Source: a virus
Virus record (IMG/VR): IMGVR_UViG_3300026991_000009
Span: 1 to 39,421 of that record
Direction: 5' to 3' (one strand)
Length of the DNA: 39,421 bases
Positions 33,579 through 39,421 of the stretch are shown in pieces. The notes beneath the pieces are model-generated. The model was not told the DNA's origin. It made no database searches and worked only from the letters and a program-made list of their open reading frames with translations. The translations under genes and the position numbers were made by a program. The first letter of the stretch is position 1, and each line of letters begins with the position of its first letter.

Positions 33579-34088
33579 ATGATAGACAACTCGGAAGGGC
33601 ATAAAGAATATTGCCCCACTAACCGCGGTAGCACAGATCGGCCCTGGCAGGACGAAGAGGTACTTCGAGACCTCTACGTTGACGAGGGGCTCAGTATGGA
33701 AGCAGTGGCCGAGAAGCTCGGCTGCGCTCAAAAAACAGTTCACAAGTGGATCCACCAGCACGGGATCCAGATTACGGATCCTCGTGGGCGCGGCGTGAAG
33801 GGGCGTCGGATCCCTGGGTTCCCAGCCGCTTTCGGTCACCGGAAGTCCGGGTCCGAAACTGTCACCTACGAAGTGTGGCGAGACAGTCAGGACGTAGTTA
33901 CTGTCCACCGCCTTCTCGCAGTCGCGGAGTATGGATTCGACGCACTCGATCGTGACGTCGTCGTCCATCACGAGAACGGTATCGGCTGGGACAACAGGCC
34001 CGAGAATATCGAGCTAATGGACCACTCCGAGCACTCACGCCTGCACGCCGTCCAACTTTGCGAACAGCGAGGAGGGTGGGTTTCATGA
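33579..34088 (+). CDS. HTH-HNH endonuclease
   Basis: RPWQDEEVLRDLY..EGLS...LGC...TVHKW...HGI; VHRLLAVAEYGF...VHHENGIGWDNRPENI. Confidence 0.92.
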   Translation: MIDNSEGHKEYCPTNRGSTDRPWQDEEVLRDLYVDEGLSMEAVAEKLGCAQKTVHKWIHQHGIQITDPRGRGVKGRRIPGFPAAFGHRKSGSETVTYEVWRDSQDVVTVHRLLAVAEYGFDALDRDVVVHHENGIGWDNRPENIELMDHSEHSRLHAVQLCEQRGGWVS

Positions 34089-34600
34089 GCGCCGCCGAGT
34101 CCGAACCGGCTGAGGCGGTCCACCCGACGGACAAGCCGTACAAGAATTCCGACCTGCTCGAACGCCTCTACATCGGTAAGCGACTCACCACGCGCGAGAT
34201 CGCCGAGCGCCTCGGGTGCACTAACGGGACTATCAGCCGGTGGCTGAACAACCACGGCATCGAGACCCGAGAGAACTGGACGGCAGGCGTCGAGGCCGCG
34301 AAGCGGGCGAACCGGGTCGAACGAGTGAAACTCCGCTCGCTCCCGTCCGGGTACGAGTACTGGGCATCCCAGGAGTGGCGGTCTGGCGAAGACACGCGGA
34401 CGAACGAGATCGTCTACGTTCACCGTCTCCTTGCCGTTGCGGAGTACGGCTTCGAGGCCGTTGTCGACAACGACGTCCACCACGAGAACGGAGTAAAGTG
34501 GGACAACCGCCCTGACAACATCGCAGTCGTCGATCCGGCGGAGCACGGCCGCCACCACTCGATGGAGTTCCACCACGGTGACGGAGGCGATCTTGCATGA
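34085..34600 (+). CDS. HTH-HNH endonuclease (tandem paralog)
   Basis: KPYKNSDLLERLY...EIAERLGC...TISRWL..HGI; VHRLLAVAEYGF...VHHENGVKWDNRPDNI. Confidence 0.92.
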   Translation: MSAAESEPAEAVHPTDKPYKNSDLLERLYIGKRLTTREIAERLGCTNGTISRWLNNHGIETRENWTAGVEAAKRANRVERVKLRSLPSGYEYWASQEWRSGEDTRTNEIVYVHRLLAVAEYGFEAVVDNDVHHENGVKWDNRPDNIAVVDPAEHGRHHSMEFHHGDGGDLA

Positions 34601-34956
34601 ACGCCTCACCTGCGGAACTGGACGAGGAGCCTGTCGGTCCGGAACAGCTCACGAAGTACCAGCTCGAACTTCTGTACGAACTCGGCGCGGAAGGGAAGGA
34701 GTACGGCCTGGGCATCATGGAGAGCCTGGAGCAGTACTACGACGAGAGTCTCAACCACGGTCGCCACTATCCAAACCTCACGGAGATGGCGGATCTCGGT
34801 CTTGTCGACAAGACCGAGGCCGACGGTCGGACTAACAACTACGCTCTCACGAAGCGTGGAAAGCGTCTCATCCGCCGTGACCTTCAGCGCCGCATCAACG
34901 CCGCGAGCCGGTTCGTCGACCCCGGAGAGCTCGCCGACGACGGGGGTGAGGAGTGA
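34597..34956 (+). CDS. PadR-family transcriptional regulator
   Basis: LTKYQLELL...GLGIMESLEQYY...HGRHYPNL...GLVDK...RTNNYALTKRG. Confidence 0.88.
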   Translation: MNASPAELDEEPVGPEQLTKYQLELLYELGAEGKEYGLGIMESLEQYYDESLNHGRHYPNLTEMADLGLVDKTEADGRTNNYALTKRGKRLIRRDLQRRINAASRFVDPGELADDGGEE

Positions 34957-35186
34957 TGGTGGACCTGATGGAGTTCATCGAGCAGGCAGAAGCCCAACCC
35001 ACTATCCAGACGGACCGGCCGTCGGAACCCCAGCCGCTCGCTGCCATCCAGCAGCGACTCGTCAAGCACGACGGGTCGTTCGAGGAGTCCATCGTGCTCG
35101 TCGAGGACGAAGACGACTACCCGATGACGAAGGCCTGGGCCAAGTGCGACCCGGACGACGTCGAGGACCTCGCGGGGTGGCGATGA
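34956..35186 (+). CDS. Hypothetical protein
   Basis: Coupled acidic ORF. Confidence 0.65.
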   Translation: MVDLMEFIEQAEAQPTIQTDRPSEPQPLAAIQQRLVKHDGSFEESIVLVEDEDDYPMTKAWAKCDPDDVEDLAGWR

Positions 35187-35299
35187 TGTCCGACGCGATG
35201 ATTCTCGTCCTGCTGGTCCTCATCGCCACCGTCTGCCCGCTCGTGCCGCTCACCCTGTCGTACTACTTCATCGAGCGGTCTGGGGGTGAGCAGGCATGA
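35183..35299 (+). CDS. Single-TM microprotein, about 38 aa
   Basis: MMSDAMILVLLVLIATVCPLVPLTLSYYFIERSGGEQA; ATGA overlaps both sides. Confidence 0.55.
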   Translation: MMSDAMILVLLVLIATVCPLVPLTLSYYFIERSGGEQA

Positions 35300-36210
35300 G
35301 CGCCGACGCCGGGTCCAGCGACGAGTACGACTGGGTCGACGTCGAGAACATTTCGGCGACGGTGTTCACCGAGCCGCCGACGCTGAGCGTCTACCGCGAC
35401 GGGTCGGGCAACATCAACAAGTCGGCGGACTACCAGTGGTTCGCCGACCACGACGGGTTCGTCCGTCGAGCCGACCCCGACGCGCACGTGCTGGGGTTCA
35501 TCCCGACCGACGGTGAGGACGTCCGCCAGATCAACCGCGAAGGCGAGTTCGGCGGCACCGTCGGCCTGCAGAAGGCCCTCACGATCCTCGGCATCGACGC
35601 GGGCGAACTCGACGAGACGTACTTCACCGACCTGGAGCGCCACGGCGACGTCATCGTCGCCGACCTCTCCGACCTCGCCGGGACCGCGGCGGACACTCGC
35701 ACGGACAGCGACCGTGCCCTGGATGCCACCACCGCCGCGGACGACGAGCCCGAGGAGGACGACAGCGACGAGAGCGCGACGACGGCCAGGTGCGAATCCT
35801 GCGACTACGTCTTCGACGACCAGGACGCGCTCGACCGACACCGCGCGGAGACTCACGGCGACGTCGACGAGGAGGATACCGACGCGGAAGACGAGACCGA
35901 CGAAGAGGAGAGCAAAGACGAGTACCAGTGTCGCCACTGCCCGGACGCGTTCGACTCGCTCCAGGGTCGGAAGATCCACGAGGGGCGCGTCCACAAGGGC
36001 GAGGACGACGAAGACGACGAAGAGGAAGCCGACGACGGTCTCACGCCGGACGACGTCGAGCTGCCCGGCAGCCTGACCGAGGGCGACGTTCACGCCGTCG
36101 CGGACGTCCTGGACTCGCTCGACGACGTCGCCGCCGATCTCGAAGTGAGCGAAGAGCGCACCGAGAAGATCCTCGAAGCGTACGACCTGCTCGACGAGGT
36201 GGACCGATGA
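35296..36210 (+). CDS. C2H2 zinc-finger acidic protein with C-terminal HTH-like region
   Basis: CESC...HRAETH and CRHC...HEGRVH. Confidence 0.85.
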   Translation: MSADAGSSDEYDWVDVENISATVFTEPPTLSVYRDGSGNINKSADYQWFADHDGFVRRADPDAHVLGFIPTDGEDVRQINREGEFGGTVGLQKALTILGIDAGELDETYFTDLERHGDVIVADLSDLAGTAADTRTDSDRALDATTAADDEPEEDDSDESATTARCESCDYVFDDQDALDRHRAETHGDVDEEDTDAEDETDEEESKDEYQCRHCPDAFDSLQGRKIHEGRVHKGEDDEDDEEEADDGLTPDDVELPGSLTEGDVHAVADVLDSLDDVAADLEVSEERTEKILEAYDLLDEVDR

Positions 36211-36338
36211 GCCTCGAATGCCCGTCCTGTCACAAGGACAGTGACACGGAGTACCGCTGCGAGCACTGCGGGAAGGACCTCGCGAAAGTCAGCTCGTCAT
36301 CGAATGGCGACCGCGCGGTCGTCGGAGGTGGTGAGTGA
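36207..36338 (+). CDS. Zn-finger microprotein, 43 aa
   Basis: CPSCH...CEHCG. Confidence 0.7.
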   Translation: MSLECPSCHKDSDTEYRCEHCGKDLAKVSSSSNGDRAVVGGGE

Positions 36339-36856
36339 TGCCGGGCGACCGCTACGAGCGTGTTTTCGTCCGGATGTTCGTCCAGACGCAGGAGACGAAC
36401 GGCGCCGACTGGTGGGCGCAGCGGGCAGCGGCATCTGGTTCGGCCACCGAGGCCGACCTCCCCGACGTCACGTTCGCCCACGATGGCCTCGGCTTCGCCG
36501 GCGAGCTGAAGACGACCATTCAGCCGTACATCTACGTCGACGAAGACGAGGTCGAGGCGCTCCAAGACTACGCCGACGCGTACGGGATGGAGGCAGTCGT
36601 CCTCGGGCGCTTCAAGCGAGAACGCGCCTACTACGTCTGGAACCCCGAGGACATGGATCGGACGGACGCGAGGAAGTACCGCGGCCGAGCCGATGACGAC
36701 AACTGGGCGATGAAGATCGCCGAGCCCGACGGCGCCGCGGAGGGTATCCTCCCCTCCGAGGTGACGTCGTTCCACCTGCACCACTCTCTGTCTTCGGAGT
36801 TGAGCGGGCAGGTGACCGAACCGCCGGCTGCTGACGGAGGTGAGGCCGATGCCTGA
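36338..36856 (+). CDS. hjc: Archaeal Holliday junction resolvase
   Basis: GDRYER...RAAASGS...LPDV...GELKT...EVEALQDYA. Confidence 0.88.
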   Translation: MPGDRYERVFVRMFVQTQETNGADWWAQRAAASGSATEADLPDVTFAHDGLGFAGELKTTIQPYIYVDEDEVEALQDYADAYGMEAVVLGRFKRERAYYVWNPEDMDRTDARKYRGRADDDNWAMKIAEPDGAAEGILPSEVTSFHLHHSLSSELSGQVTEPPAADGGEADA

Positions 36857-37139
36857 GATGGTCACCAACCTCTTCCGCCGTTCGTTGGTCGCAGTCGGGA
36901 AGACGGCCGGGATCGTCATCTGCGAGCCCCAGCTCCGACTCGGCCGCCGTCGGCACGATGGCACCTGTGACAAGTGTGGTGACAGGCTCGGGCCGTACTC
37001 GCTGGAGAAACTCGACTTTCCGGCACAACCCGATGAAGAGTCGACGATCGAAAAGCTGCGCCGGATGGCGAGGGCCGAGTACGTCCGTATCTGTCTGGAG
37101 TGTGACCCGGACGTCCGAGGTGACACCGATGGGGAGTGA
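36849..37139 (+). CDS. Zn-finger protein
   Basis: CDKCG...CLEC. Confidence 0.65.
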   Translation: MPEMVTNLFRRSLVAVGKTAGIVICEPQLRLGRRRHDGTCDKCGDRLGPYSLEKLDFPAQPDEESTIEKLRRMARAEYVRICLECDPDVRGDTDGE

Positions 37140-37404
37140 GTCCATCACCCTCGAACTCACCATCTCGCCCGGGAGCGAGGAGTACAAGATCCCGAAGCTT
37201 CTCGACCACATCGGCCGGTTGCCGGATGTCGCGGACGTCGAGGAGACGGACACCGTCCGCTGCGTCGTGTGCGGGACGGTCCTGTCGGACCCGAAGAACT
37301 GCGGCGACCCTGACGTGGGCGGTGACTGGGTCTGCGCTGACGAAACCTGCCGGGCCATGCACGAGCCCGAGATGACGGTCAATCGCCGGGTGATTCGGTC
37401 ATGA
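37129..37404 (+). CDS. Zn-finger protein, 91 aa
   Basis: CVVCG...CADETC. Confidence 0.65.
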   Translation: MGSESITLELTISPGSEEYKIPKLLDHIGRLPDVADVEETDTVRCVVCGTVLSDPKNCGDPDVGGDWVCADETCRAMHEPEMTVNRRVIRS

Positions 37405-37607
37405 GCGACTCGGACCGCCTCGACCAGCGGGAGATAGACGAGGTCGTCGCGCGGGCCAACAAGGAGGTCCGAGAACGCGACGAGTGCCGTCACTGTGGTG
37501 ACACCGTCCCCGACGAGGACTTCCCAACCAAGTACGCTGGCGCTGGCGGTGTCCGCGCGGGCCCGTTCTGCTCCGAGGACTGCTACTGGGGGTGGATGAA
37601 CGCATGA
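37401..37607 (+). CDS. Treble-clef (TRASH/MYM-like) Zn-finger protein
   Basis: CRHCG...FCSEDC. Confidence 0.7.
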   Translation: MSDSDRLDQREIDEVVARANKEVRERDECRHCGDTVPDEDFPTKYAGAGGVRAGPFCSEDCYWGWMNA

Positions 37608-37894
37608 GCGCCGAGTCGATCGTCCCGGACTCGCCGCCGGTGACTCGCCACGCCGCGCAGCGCTGGAGTGAGCGAACCGAGCGGGCGTCCGTCGCGCCGG
37701 GAACGGCCTGGTTGCACGCCACGCGCATCGACGCCGGAGGCCCACTCCGAAACGTCGACGTCCGACACCACCAGTCGACAGGGACACTACTCCTGTCCGA
37801 GACCAGTTGGATCACCACCGTCTACACCGTCGACGAGCTGACCGACGCGCAGTATCACGCAGTCAAGCACGCACTTCCCGAGAACCATGAGTAG
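37604..37894 (+). CDS. Hypothetical protein with HAxxRWxER motif (RelE-like fold candidate)
   Basis: VTRHAAQRWSER...ITTVY. Confidence 0.6.
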   Translation: MSAESIVPDSPPVTRHAAQRWSERTERASVAPGTAWLHATRIDAGGPLRNVDVRHHQSTGTLLLSETSWITTVYTVDELTDAQYHAVKHALPENHE

Positions 37895-38108
37895 CAAATC
37901 AGAGACACCGACAGAGACGCCGGACGTCTCGAACGACGACCCTCTCGAAGCCGTCAGAGAGAACGAAGACGCGTTCGAGAAAGAGGCCGAGCGAGACGAT
38001 CGCTTCGGAGCGATGGCTCGGTACTTCCTCGCCGTCGCCAAGGGCGAACAGCCCGACGACTACGATGCGGAGCTCGCCGGGCTCCCGAAAATCGGAGGTG
38101 ACGAATGA
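37887..38108 (+). CDS. Hypothetical protein, 73 aa
   Basis: Last gene of the rightward arm, convergent with integrase. Confidence 0.65.
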   Translation: MSSKSETPTETPDVSNDDPLEAVRENEDAFEKEAERDDRFGAMARYFLAVAKGEQPDDYDAELAGLPKIGGDE

Positions 38109-38110
38109 CG

Positions 38111-39421
38111 TCAGTCGTCCAGTGCGGCGAGTGTCTCGGCCAGCCCGGCCGGGTCGGCGCCGGCCTCGGAGATGGCCTGCGCGACGGCGACGGTGTCGGG
38201 GTCGAGACTCGACATCCCCTCGTCTCGGGCACGGTCGCGAGCTTCGTCGAGCTGCTCGGCGAAGTCTTCGCTCGGCCCGAACACCTCGTCGCAGCTGGGG
38301 CAGCGTCGCCAGTGCTCTTCGAGCAACTCCCCACACGTCGGGCAGATGTCCGGCGTGAAGGACTTGGGCCCGTCGTCCTCATCGCGAACGCCGAGGGCGA
38401 CCTCTGCCTTCTCGATGTAGTCCGCGTCGAAGAGGTGCTGGTAGGTCTTCTCGAGGGCGTCCGACCCCTCGACGTGGCCGAACAGCATCTTGATGGTCGC
38501 GGGGTCGACGTCGTGGTCTCGCTTCATCACGGTCGCGCAGTAGTGGCGGAAGTTGTGGGGGTTGACCGGCTTGTCGACGCCGGCGCTCTCGGCGAGGCGA
38601 TTGAGTGTTCCCTCGACGGCGCCCTCCGACCAGTGCCCGTCGGGGTCGGTCTGGGGGTGCGACGGGTCGCCGACGAACAGCCAGTCGTCCGGGTCGGCGC
38701 CGGAGCGGCGGAGGTTGATGTAGTCGCGGACGTACTTCCGAGCTCCGAAGATGGGGCGCTTTCGCCCACGGGCGAGGGCTCCCTTCAGCCCGCCGAACTC
38801 GTCGTCGTAGTCCTCGTTGAGGTAGATGTACCCGTCGTCGACGTCCTTGAGTCGGAGGGTCAGCACCGCCTTGACGCGCTGGCCGGTGAAGATGAGCAAT
38901 TCGAGGAAGGCCCGATTCCGGACGGCGTTCCTGGTGTCACCACAGGCCTGCCGCAGCGCCTGGACTTCGTCGTCGGTGAACATGTCCTGCTCGTCGTGCT
39001 TCGGCGACGAGTCCGGCGTGAACGTAGTGATCGCCTCGGGGTCGACGCCGAGATCGTGGTAGCGATAGAAGGTCTTGAGGGCGCACTGGTACTTTGCGCA
39101 GGTACCCTTCGAGAGGCCGTGGTCGTCGTGAAGGGCGTCCATGAAGTCGTTGACGTCCTCGACGTCACCGACGCCGGTCGGGTCGAAGTCCCGGTCGCAG
39201 CACAGCCGGACTGCCTTGGTGTAGTCCAGGACCGTCCCGGGACGGAGCCCCTTCACGTCCCCGTCCTCGTCGCGGTACTTGTTGCGGACGGTCGCCTCGT
39301 CGAGGGCGTCGCTCCACTCGAGGATGGCGTCCTTCGCCTCCTCGGAGATGTCGCCCTCGTCGGCGCGGTCCTCGACGTTCCCCCGCTCGTATTCCAACTT
39401 GTCGCGCGGTGTCTGAGCCAT
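38111..39421 (-). CDS. int: Tyrosine integrase (SNJ2-like) with C-terminal Zn ribbon
   Basis: RNRAFLELLIFTGQR, GGLKG, HNFRH, FGH, KTY catalytic residues; CPTCGE...CPSC. Confidence 0.96.
   Translation of the reverse strand: MAQTPRDKLEYERGNVEDRADEGDISEEAKDAILEWSDALDEATVRNKYRDEDGDVKGLRPGTVLDYTKAVRLCCDRDFDPTGVGDVEDVNDFMDALHDDHGLSKGTCAKYQCALKTFYRYHDLGVDPEAITTFTPDSSPKHDEQDMFTDDEVQALRQACGDTRNAVRNRAFLELLIFTGQRVKAVLTLRLKDVDDGYIYLNEDYDDEFGGLKGALARGRKRPIFGARKYVRDYINLRRSGADPDDWLFVGDPSHPQTDPDGHWSEGAVEGTLNRLAESAGVDKPVNPHNFRHYCATVMKRDHDVDPATIKMLFGHVEGSDALEKTYQHLFDADYIEKAEVALGVRDEDDGPKSFTPDICPTCGELLEEHWRRCPSCDEVFGPSEDFAEQLDEARDRARDEGMSSLDPDTVAVAQAISEAGADPAGLAETLAALDD

Larger units (their letters stand above)
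1..39421. mobile_element. Temperate haloarchaeal tailed virus / provirus (siphovirus-like)
   Basis: Terminase-portal-protease-capsid-tail order, no tail sheath gene recognised, archaeal MCM and Hjc, acidic proteome, tyrosine integrase at right end. Confidence 0.95.

Noticed and set aside
38090-39421. att site or terminal repeats
   Set aside because: None found; the window ends at the integrase start codon and begins at a start codon, so att sites probably lie outside

Overview
Near-complete, high-GC temperate haloarchaeal tailed virus (siphovirus-like; provirus or viral contig). The window runs from the first codon of a hypothetical gene to the first codon of a tyrosine integrase, so att sites are not visible. 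Gene order: coiled-coil protein, candidate origin, MCM helicase; late leader region (DUF4258-like protein, tRNA-like RNA, HNH endonuclease, two membrane proteins); head module (TerS, TerL, portal with C-terminal KTSC-like domain, XkdF-type protease/scaffold, major capsid); neck genes, a beta-helix spike, tail tube, tail chaperone with an in-phase G GGA AAC -1 frameshift site, short tape measure, LamG and FN3 tail-tip proteins; a leftward early arm of small genes; two divergent HTH switch regions; two Tat-exported Thr/Pro-rich surface proteins; a rightward early arm (tandem HTH-HNH, PadR, Zn fingers, Hjc resolvase); integrase. Strongest unexpected signal: the HNH gene at 26408-27232 lies between an intact Zn-finger gene with an atypically coded 3' end and an orphan homologous 3' end in native codon usage. 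A second HNH gene is flanked on both sides by tRNA T-arm motifs. Together these suggest HNH cassettes that rebuild the 3' end of what they invade. All family assignments come from motif recognition by eye; no database searches were run.
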